A stretch of 14,185 bases of DNA from contig JAGWDQ010000017.1 in NCBI GenBank assembly GCA_018260615.1, positions 1 through 14,185 on the forward strand, written 5' to 3'. The translations under genes and the position numbers were made by a program. Each line of letters starts with the position of its first letter. The stretch's first letter is position 1. Origin of the DNA: Candidatus Altarchaeum sp. (GTDB taxonomy: Archaea; Altiarchaeota; Altiarchaeia; Altiarchaeales; Altiarchaeaceae). Positions 1-6,972 of this stretch are shown here, in pieces. Under the pieces are notes generated by a model. That model ran no database searches, was not told the origin of the DNA, and saw nothing but the letters and a program-made list of their open reading frames with translations.

Positions 1-675
1 GATATCTTAATTAGGGTGAAATTATTGGACTTAAAAACCCTGCGAAAATCGGTGTTGTACCAAAAATGTTTACTCAATCCGGATTATAGTATAGTTGCTA
101 CAATATATTTTGTGTTATTAGGTCTCATGTGCTTTCAGGCAGTAGGATTTCCTGTTGATAAAATAGTAAATATAAGATTCACATAATCATTTTAATTGTT
201 GCTTGTAACACGCTTTTGCCTTCAGCTTGCTTTCCTGTAACAACAGATAAAAAGAAAAAATCAAAGATTTTTTTCCAAATTCCGCTTTCAGCGGAACTTC
301 TTTTATCAGCCGGCAGTTATATGAAATACCATTCTCTAACCGAATAAAAGAATAGACCTATGAAAACGATAACACTAAACAATTGCCTTAAAAATTTAGA
401 ATCCTGCTACTTACTTCTATCATCCTAATTATAAAAAAGAAAATTTCTCAAATATTGCTTAATTCCCATTTTATCCACCATTTAGCCAATATATTAGAGT
501 TGTTGTGAATTGAAAATTTTAAAGGTGGAAAGTAATAAAATTTAAAGGAATTCAAAGGTGGAAAAGTTATTTTGCAACATGTCTATTGAACAAAATTATA
601 GCCAAAAAGAATTATTTTTGTAACTATTCCGCCACCCAAAAATTACCGGTGAATTTTTTGAAATTTATACTCATC

Positions 676-1032
676 TTTCAAAAACGAAGTTTTTGAAAAA
701 TCTCTGAGTGTAAGCGAGGTGATCTTTCAAACGATTTTCAAAACGCAGAGTTTTGAAAATATACTGAAAATCTTTGAGATTTTCAATCTTTAAAAATCCA
801 TGGGATTTTTAAATGAACGCGAAGCGAACTTATTTTCAAATCGCAGAGTTTTGAAAATACATGATTTACGAACGAAATGAGTAAAGACACGAACGAAGTG
901 AGCGGACTTTGTTTGTGTATTTACAAAATATTTAAAACATTTTGTCACCTCACTTCGTTCGGAGATTTAAAACAAAGTTTTAAATACGTTCGCTTCGCTC
1001 TCATATTTTAAAAACTTCAGGTTTTTAAAATA
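676..1032. repeat. Cluster of nested short palindromes (REP/MITE-like mosaic element)
   Basis: Perfect 9-12 bp stems at 676-698, 734-760, 765-785, 789-813, 831-859, 965-985 and 1004-1032. Long-range inverted repeats: GCGAAGCGAAC 819-829 / GTTCGCTTCGC 988-998, and CGAACGAAGTGAG 890-902 / CTCACTTCGTTCG 949-961. Confidence 0.9.
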
Positions 1033-1044
1033 CCCCCTGAATAG

Positions 1045-1983
1045 TTACAATAATCTGTGTTGTAAATTATTTAGTCGTTCCAAAGCAATTTTTGTATATT
1101 CCGGATTACTATCAATTCCGATAAAGTTTTTACCGGCATTCTTTGCAGCAACAGCAGTAGTTCCACTGCCAACGAACGGGTCTAATATTACCGCATCTTT
1201 TGAGAAAGCAGAAAGTTTAATAATATGCTCACATATTGCCAATGGTTTTACAGTCATATGAAAATTATAATCCCCCCTTTCGTTCTTTGTTGGTTTTCCC
1301 ACTAAAAAACTTTTATCCATAATTTCGCTGATATGGTCAATTGTCAGAATGTTTGAAGGATACATATTGTCACCAACTTTTATGTTGGTATTAAAAAGTC
1401 CAACCTCATTGTTTATTATATTTTCTAAGAATGTTTTATCCGGGGGCTTTTGAGCTACAATAATTGGTTCAAAACATGACTTAATTTGGGGCGTCTTCCA
1501 GCCGGAAAGTTTTTTCTTTAATTCTTCTTTTGCCGATTTGTTAATATCTAACTTATCTATAAAATGATTCAGACCCATTGCTTTTGGCTGGTTTTGGGTG
1601 TAAATCCATACGAAACAATCTCTAATCATAAAGCCGGCATCATCCACTGCACTTGCCATTCTATGGTACAATCTTGGACTTGAGAAAGAGAAGAAAAAGC
1701 CGCCTTTTTTTAAGACCCGATATAATTCCTTAGACACATTTAAAAACCAGTTATAAAGATTTATGCCCTGTTGCCTGTCAAATTTCATTCCGGCAGGTAA
1801 TGATTTCACCACTATACAATATTTTTTGTCAGGAACTTCTGTATATTTCCAATTGTTATCAAGTTTATCTAAAAAATAAGGGGGGTCTGTTAGAACAACA
1901 TCTATTGAATCATCTTCAATTTTTGCTAACACTTCTAATGCATCTCCTGTAATTATTTTATTAATAAAGTCATTATTTTTCAT
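1045..1983 (-). CDS. Site-specific DNA methyltransferase, beta class (N6_N4_Mtase family), probably m6A
   Basis: 312 aa. N-terminal catalytic motif IV (IDVVLTDPPY), HxTxKP motif (HMTVKPL) and C-terminal SAM-binding motif I (ILDPFVGSGTT), in beta-class order. Overlaps the upstream nuclease gene by 11 nt. Confidence 0.93.
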   Translation of the reverse strand: MKNNDFINKIITGDALEVLAKIEDDSIDVVLTDPPYFLDKLDNNWKYTEVPDKKYCIVVKSLPAGMKFDRQQGINLYNWFLNVSKELYRVLKKGGFFFSFSSPRLYHRMASAVDDAGFMIRDCFVWIYTQNQPKAMGLNHFIDKLDINKSAKEELKKKLSGWKTPQIKSCFEPIIVAQKPPDKTFLENIINNEVGLFNTNIKVGDNMYPSNILTIDHISEIMDKSFLVGKPTKNERGDYNFHMTVKPLAICEHIIKLSAFSKDAVILDPFVGSGTTAVAAKNAGKNFIGIDSNPEYTKIALERLNNLQHRLL

Positions 1984-2719
1984 TTTTTATCTCGTCAGGT
2001 TTTTTTCCTTTGAATTCTTCATAAAGTATTCTGTATATTTTTATTCTTACATCTTTATCAAAATTTCTAACAAAAGAACAGTCTGCTAATTTTATAACTC
2101 TTCCTTTTTCGTCATACACCCATCTGTTTCTATCCGCTCTGTTACATTTTTGACATTGTGGAATTATATTTCCGGCAATGAGTGGCTTGTTTGGATCCAT
2201 ATGTGCTTTTTGCAAAATTGTCTTCGTTGCTGGCCAATGAAAATGATGTTTTCCTTCTTGCGAGCCACAAGTAGCACAGCGGAAATTATATTTTTCTTTT
2301 ATCTCATCCCAGTTATCGGTTTCTGAAATCCTATGTCCCTTTTTAAATCCAGGGTAGGGTTGTTCTAAAGTATAAAGTTGATATGATCCTCTTTCTATTT
2401 TTAAAACGATGTTGTCGCGTCCACCGGCGACTATCCACCACCCAGCTTGTGCGCCTAAATGTCTTGCTTGTTGGACGTCATTTGTATTCGGATAATAATT
2501 TCTAATAAACTTTGTTAATTCTTCTTTACTAACTTTGCGAGTATTTGGATAATGATAGGCGATATAAACCAAAACAAGAGCGTCTTTTGTAAAATTGCCA
2601 TGCGAGTCATAAAGTTTTGGCAATTTTACGCCAAATTGTTTTAAATACTTTTCATGATATTCTTTTATCAGATTATATTGTTCTTTTATTTTTTTATCTG
2701 ATATTTTTGTGTTTTCCAT
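1973..2719 (-). CDS. Putative Type II restriction endonuclease, HNH/beta-beta-alpha-Me type
   Basis: 248 aa. C-terminal CATC...KAHMDP...GNIIPQCQKCN (two CxxC Zn knuckles plus His and Asn catalytic positions). Helical N-terminal region, layout like KpnI-type enzymes. Coupled to the methyltransferase. Confidence 0.78.
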   Translation of the reverse strand: MENTKISDKKIKEQYNLIKEYHEKYLKQFGVKLPKLYDSHGNFTKDALVLVYIAYHYPNTRKVSKEELTKFIRNYYPNTNDVQQARHLGAQAGWWIVAGGRDNIVLKIERGSYQLYTLEQPYPGFKKGHRISETDNWDEIKEKYNFRCATCGSQEGKHHFHWPATKTILQKAHMDPNKPLIAGNIIPQCQKCNRADRNRWVYDEKGRVIKLADCSFVRNFDKDVRIKIYRILYEEFKGKKPDEIKNEK

Positions 2720-2761
2720 AATATTTTATTCAACAAAAAAATAATAAATCTAAAATTAAAT

Positions 2762-3661
2762 TTAAAATTCATAAATTTCCGGCCCGACAGCAGAAAATAT
2801 TATCGCTCTTTTTTTAAATTTATTTTCTTTATCTTCATTTTCCTTTTCATCATAAAAGTCCTTATGAATTAATGAAAGTTCAATTTCCCTGTTTTTTCTT
2901 ACATCTTCATTTTCTCCGGGAACATAAATTTTGGTCAGATGAGTTCCCCTGTTCAGTATGTAACTTTTAAGACATATAGCGGCAAGAGAAACAATTTGTC
3001 TGTCACTCCAGTTTAACGACGATGAACCGTTTTGTGCATATACGAGCGAGTGATTATCCATTCTGCCAAAAATCTGCATATCTCCGTTTATGTAGCCCTT
3101 TGTATGCCTGACAACAACATTAACTTCCGGCAAATTATTATAAATTTCTTCGTGCTTTGCGAGCCACCTCGTTGAAAAATTTATTAAAATATATATCGTT
3201 GTTCCGTTATTATTTTGGGTTTTCTTTTCAAGTCCCTTTAAAATTTCCGCAAGACCTGATTTACTATCTCCGGAATCAATCCCTTCGTCTAAATTTCCCA
3301 GAAATTTTAATTTCGCATCGTATTTGTTCGCATAATTCAGATAAACATCGACAAGTTTGAGCATCGCCTGATAAATGTCCCCGTAATTCACTCTTTTCTT
3401 ATGGCCTGTATGAATAACATTCAGATATATATTTTTTGCACCCAAACTTCTCAATACATTCGTAAATCGTAATGCAAATAAGCCGCCGTCAATGTATGCG
3501 TCACTGCCTTTTAAATTTGTTGATGTTCTCGTCCCGTCAGTCATATCATACACGCACAAGTCCGCTAAATCCTTGTTCAAAAAGGAAAAATTTAAATTTT
3601 TGGCGGATTTCTTAAATAAGTCCGAAATTTTTTCATCCGAAATTTCCAAAAATTCATCCAT
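2762..3661 (-). CDS. Divergent cis-prenyltransferase-fold protein (UppS-like fold; DGTR motif as in Rv3378c-type enzymes)
   Basis: 299 aa. Motifs in cis-PT order: VYDMTDGTRT (vs IIMDGNRR), LRSLGAKNIYLNV, KLKFLGNL, LEKKTQNNNGTTIYILINFSTRW (vs EE.TKNNTGLTLNIALNYGGR.E), LPEVNVVVRHTKG (vs LPDPDLLIRTSGE). Confidence 0.72.
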   Translation of the reverse strand: MDEFLEISDEKISDLFKKSAKNLNFSFLNKDLADLCVYDMTDGTRTSTNLKGSDAYIDGGLFALRFTNVLRSLGAKNIYLNVIHTGHKKRVNYGDIYQAMLKLVDVYLNYANKYDAKLKFLGNLDEGIDSGDSKSGLAEILKGLEKKTQNNNGTTIYILINFSTRWLAKHEEIYNNLPEVNVVVRHTKGYINGDMQIFGRMDNHSLVYAQNGSSSLNWSDRQIVSLAAICLKSYILNRGTHLTKIYVPGENEDVRKNREIELSLIHKDFYDEKENEDKENKFKKRAIIFSAVGPEIYEF

Positions 3662-3667
3662 TGTTTT

Positions 3668-4060
3668 TTATTCCTTTATGATCTTAATTCCGGCGGGTAC
3701 AACCAACAATTTATCCTCTGCAATTTGCTTTACATCTCCATGTGAGGCATCTGCAATTTGCTTTACCCTGCCAAGTATTGAAAGAGAGTATTCTTTATTT
3801 TGGGAGTATAAAATTTCCTTATCTATTCTAAATATTACAATATTTCCATTCATCAGCTCTGTTCTCCCTGCTTCAACATCAACCTCGTTTGTTAAAGGCA
3901 GCGATTTTACCATATGTCCTTTTCCTGCTTCACCGCCAACATCTACTCCTGTTTTTTCCATTCCTTTTATAATTTCATCTATATCTATTGATTGTGGTCT
4001 CACCACCGGCTTACTCTCCTTTTTTTCCTGCGCTCCAAATATACTATCTAAAAAACCCAT
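3668..4060 (-). CDS. sepF: Cell division protein SepF, archaeal type (DUF552)
   Basis: Start moved from 4114 to the ATG at 4060, giving the typical amphipathic MGFLDSIFG N-terminus (130 aa). C-terminal core ELMNGNIVIFRI...GDVKQIAEDKLLVVPAGIKI matches the archaeal SepF pattern. Confidence 0.85.
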   Translation of the reverse strand: MGFLDSIFGAQEKKESKPVVRPQSIDIDEIIKGMEKTGVDVGGEAGKGHMVKSLPLTNEVDVEAGRTELMNGNIVIFRIDKEILYSQNKEYSLSILGRVKQIADASHGDVKQIAEDKLLVVPAGIKIIKE

Positions 4061-4216
4061 TTTTAATATGTTTAAATTTTGTTTAAATTTTATTATACAT
4101 AATAAATTTAACAATCATTACAAAATAATTAAATTTGAGCAATATTATTAATGTATTTCTAAAAATTATTAATTGAAAATCTAATTATCTGTTGAAATTT
4201 AGTTTGTGAAATTTAA

Positions 4217-4300
4217 GCGGGGGTTCCCAAGTGGTCAAAGGGGCAGGACTGAGGCTCCTGTGTGCGTAAGCCTTCGAGGGTTCGAGTCCCTTCCCTCGCA
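4217..4300 (+). tRNA. tRNA-Leu(GAG)
   Basis: Acceptor GCGGGGG/CCCTCGC + A; anticodon arm CAGGA-CTGAGGC-TCCTG; long variable arm; T loop TTCGAGT; no intron, no encoded CCA. Confidence 0.97.
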
Positions 4301-4321
4301 TAGAACAGCAATAATAGCAGT

Positions 4322-4394
4322 GGGGCCGTAGGGTAGTTTGGTATCCTACCAGCTTGGGGTGCTGGCGACCTGAGTTCAAATCTCGGCGGCCCCA
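4322..4394 (+). tRNA. tRNA-Pro(GGG)
   Basis: Acceptor GGGGCCG/CGGCCCC + A; anticodon arm CCAGC-TTGGGGT-GCTGG; T loop TTCAAAT. 21 nt downstream of tRNA-Leu, probably co-transcribed. Confidence 0.96.
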
Positions 4395-4491
4395 AATTGA
4401 AATCAATATCTTAACTTTGGAAATTTTGGAAAATTTTAAATTTAATTTTAAAAATTTAATTATTAAACAGGTCTGATAAATTTAAAAAATG

Positions 4492-4555
4492 CTCACACAA
4501 AGCCACAAAGTCACAGAGTGTATTTCCCCTTTGTGTCCCGGTGTCTCCGTGTGAG
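4492..4555. repeat. Imperfect inverted repeat built from 8-nt units (CACAAAG-like x3 / CTTTGTGT-like x3)
   Basis: CTCACAC 4492-4498 pairs with GTGTGAG 4549-4555. Left arm CACAAAGC-CACAAAGT-CACAGAGT, right arm CTTTGTGT-CCCGGTGT-CTCCGTGT. GC-richer than its surroundings. Confidence 0.65.
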
Positions 4556-4600
4556 GATAATAAAACGAACTTTCCTGTACGATAAAAAAAATCATCCGAT

Positions 4601-4673
4601 GCCTCAGTAGCTCAGTGGCAGAGCGACCGCCTTGTAAGCGGTAGGTTCGTGAGTTCAATCCTCATCTGGGGCT
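4601..4673 (+). tRNA. tRNA-Thr(TGT)
   Basis: Acceptor GCCTCAG/CTGGGGC + T discriminator; anticodon arm ACCGC-CTTGTAA-GCGGT; T arm GTGAG-TTCAATC-CTCAT. Confidence 0.95.
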
Positions 4674-4705
4674 TTTAAAAACCTGTTAAATAAATATTTG
4701 AGAGT

Positions 4706-4737
4706 AAGCGAAATTATTTTCAAAACCGAAAGTTTTG
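4706..4737 (+). repeat. Dispersed copy of the 676-1032 palindrome family
   Basis: AAGCGAAATTATTTTCAAAACCGAAAGTTTTG matches 822-853 at 27/32 nt and keeps the CAAAAC/GTTTTG stem. Confidence 0.75.
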
Positions 4738-4858
4738 TAAGTGATGTGAAAAATTTTAGTGCAGAGTGATTTTTTTGTCATTCTCATTTTGATGCGCCTG
4801 TTTTTGTTATTTGTTTGTGCCATTCATTTATTTGTTATTTATTTAGACAAAATTTAAA

Positions 4859-4866
4859 TTTATATA
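4859..4866 (+). promoter_or_regulatory. Candidate archaeal TATA box for the thermosome operon
   Basis: TTTATATA matches the archaeal TATA consensus, about 135 nt upstream of the ATG. Weak evidence in such AT-rich DNA. Confidence 0.35.
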
Positions 4867-4999
4867 CACTCAAACTAATTACTAAAACAAGAATTTAATT
4901 TATAATAACTAATTTATTAGCAGAAATTTAAAACAAAAATTTAAAAATTTAATAAAATCAAAATAACATAAAAATAACATACAATTAAAAATATATAAA

Positions 5000-6670
5000 A
5001 TGGCAGGACAGATGGGGCAACCGGTGCTTATATTGCCGGAAGGGGCTTTTAGAAGTACGGGAAGAGATGCTATGAAAGCAAATATATCCGCCGCAAAATT
5101 TGTTGGCGAGGTAGTAAGAACGACTTTAGGACCGAAAGGAATGGATAAAATGTTAGTGGATGATTTGGGAGATATAACTATAACAAATGACGGAGCGACA
5201 ATTGTTGATAATATGAAGGTTGAACATCCGGCAGCAAAGATGATGGTTGAAATAGCAAAAACACAGGATAAAGAAGCCGGAGACGGAACAACGACGGTGG
5301 TTGTTTTGGCATCGTCATTGTTAGATCAGTCAGAGAAACTTCTTAATAACGGAATTCACCCGACAGTAATAATCAGGGGCTATACGATGGCAGCAGCACA
5401 GGCACAAAAGATACTGGAAAAAATTGCCAGAAAAGTTACACTTGATGATAAGGAGATTCTTGAAAAAATAGCGGTAACTGCTATGACCGGAAAGGGCTCC
5501 GAGGCGGCAAAAACAGAATTACGAAATCTCTGCGTAACTGCAGTAACAAGTGTTGCAGTAAAAGAAAACGGAAAGGTAAAGGTAAATCAGGATGATATTC
5601 AGATAGTTAAGAAGATTGGAAAAAGTATGGCCGAAAGCGAACTGATTGAAGGTGTGATTATTGAAAAAGAGACATTAAATATTGAGATGCCAAAAACAAT
5701 AAAGAATGCAAAAATTGCATTATTGGATGCTGCTCTTGAAGTAAAAAAGACAGAAACCGATGCAAAAATTTCAATAAAGGATCCGTCACAGATGCAAAAG
5801 TTCCTGGAGCAGGAAGAAAATGCATTAAAAAACATGGTAGATATAGTTAAAAAAAGCGGAGCAAAAGTTCTTTTTTGTCAGAAAGGTATTGATGATGTTG
5901 CACAATATTATTTAGCAAAGGATGAAATACTGGCTGTCAGAAGGGTTAAAAAGTCAGATATGGAAAAATTATCAAAGGCAACGGATGCAAAGATTGTCAG
6001 TTCAATAAAAGACCTGTCTTCGGACGATTTGGGCTCTGCGGGAGTGATTGAACAGGTTAAAATTGCGGGTGATGAACTGGTTTTGGTTAAAGAATGTAAA
6101 AATCCAAAGGCAGTTGCTTTACTTTTAAGAGGCGGAACAGAACATGTTGTTGATGAACTTGAAAGAGCAGTAAAAGATGCAGTCGGAGGAGTAGTCAGTG
6201 CCCTTGAAACCGGGAAGTATGTTGTAGGTGCAGGAGCACTTGAAACGGAATTGTCCCTGCAATTAGAGAATTATGCCAAAACAGTCGGAGGCAGAGAGCA
6301 ACTTGCAATATCGGCCTTTGCAGAGGCATTAGAAATAATTCCAAAAACGCTTGCAGAGAGTGCGGGACTTGATGCTATTGATACTATTGTTTCATTAAAA
6401 GAAAAGCATGCAAAAGGAAATGACGGAATTGATTTTGGTGTTGATGTGATGAACAAAAAAATAGCAAATATGTATGAGCAAAATGTTGTTGAACCGCTTA
6501 AGATAAAAACACAGGCAATTTCCTCTGCAACAGAAGCAGTTGAAATGATTTTGAGGATAGATGATGTTGTTGCATCGGCAAAGAAGTCCATGCCACCAAT
6601 GCCACCGGGAGGAGGATATGGCGGAGGTATGGGCGGCATGGGAGGAATGGGTGGAATGGGAATGGAATAA
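5000..6670 (+). CDS. ths: Thermosome subunit (group II chaperonin)
   Basis: 556 aa. [11 protein letters not shown]-terminus, [32 protein letters not shown]-binding motif, GGM-repeat C-terminal tail. Confidence 0.98.
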   Translation: MAGQMGQPVLILPEGAFRSTGRDAMKANISAAKFVGEVVRTTLGPKGMDKMLVDDLGDITITNDGATIVDNMKVEHPAAKMMVEIAKTQDKEAGDGTTTVVVLASSLLDQSEKLLNNGIHPTVIIRGYTMAAAQAQKILEKIARKVTLDDKEILEKIAVTAMTGKGSEAAKTELRNLCVTAVTSVAVKENGKVKVNQDDIQIVKKIGKSMAESELIEGVIIEKETLNIEMPKTIKNAKIALLDAALEVKKTETDAKISIKDPSQMQKFLEQEENALKNMVDIVKKSGAKVLFCQKGIDDVAQYYLAKDEILAVRRVKKSDMEKLSKATDAKIVSSIKDLSSDDLGSAGVIEQVKIAGDELVLVKECKNPKAVALLLRGGTEHVVDELERAVKDAVGGVVSALETGKYVVGAGALETELSLQLENYAKTVGGREQLAISAFAEALEIIPKTLAESAGLDAIDTIVSLKEKHAKGNDGIDFGVDVMNKKIANMYEQNVVEPLKIKTQAISSATEAVEMILRIDDVVASAKKSMPPMPPGGGYGGGMGGMGGMGGMGME

Positions 6671-6703
6671 AAACCCGTTTCTGAAATCATTGACTCACAA
6701 AAA

Positions 6704-6730
6704 TTTTGTTTTTTTATTTTGAATTTTTTT
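6704..6730 (+). terminator. Oligo-T tract after the thermosome gene (candidate archaeal terminator)
   Basis: TTTTGTTTTTTTATTTTGAATTTTTTT, 34 nt after the stop codon. Confidence 0.45.
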
Positions 6731-6742
6731 ATTAAATTTAGA

Positions 6743-6850
6743 ATGAGTTATCGTTCATATATCACACAGAATACTGAAAATTTTACAATACTGCTTAAAA
6801 ATATAAATGAAAGCAAAGAAGAAATTTATAGGAGAACTTTTCTCTTTTAG
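6743..6850 (+). pseudogene. Truncated duplicate of the grpE-fusion 5' end (35-aa mini-ORF)
   Basis: Encodes MSYRSYITQNTENFTILLKNINESKEEIYRRTFLF; the first 28 aa are 20/28 identical to the start of 6973-7773. 13 mismatches in 85 nt, and the upstream TTAAATTTA is also duplicated. Confidence 0.75.
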
Positions 6851-6925
6851 AAAAAGAGAAAATCACCTCACTTACGCCCGGAGATTTTTAAATCTCTGCG
6901 ATTTAAAAACTGCGATTTTAAAACA
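6838..6925. repeat. Dispersed copy of the palindrome family between the grpE duplicate and grpE
   Basis: 6862-6889 is the reverse complement of 696-723 (24/28). Stems TTTTCTCTTTT/AAAAGAGAAAA (6838-6862) and TTTTTAAATC/GATTTAAAAA (6885-6909); the TCTGC loop is the reverse complement of the GCAGA loop at 745-749. Confidence 0.8.
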
Positions 6926-6972
6926 CTCCGAAAAGAGAAAAAAAGTAAATCCTGAAAAAATTTAAATTTACA

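Noticed and set aside
1-186. Open frame from the window edge (DILIRVKLLDLK...RFT*); the 1-60 segment looks like a possible IS end
   Set aside because: Truncated, no recognisable protein motif and no partner terminal repeat in the window; cannot be supported without the left flank.
676-1032. CRISPR array or integron attC reading of the hairpin cluster
   Set aside because: No constant-length repeat-spacer periodicity, no cas or intI genes and no RYYYAAC...GTTRRRY boundaries.
4061-4114. 18-codon N-terminal extension of sepF in the ORF track
   Set aside because: SepF begins with the membrane-targeting MGFLD helix at 4060; the extension is AT-rich promoter DNA.
3492-4151. 219-aa plus-strand ORF, and 3157-3360
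   Set aside because: Antisense shadows of sepF and the prenyltransferase gene, with S/F/I-rich composition typical of reverse-strand frames.
4185-4406. Minus-strand ORFs 4185-4406 and 4213-4395
   Set aside because: They are the reverse complement of tRNA-Leu and tRNA-Pro, a common spurious call.
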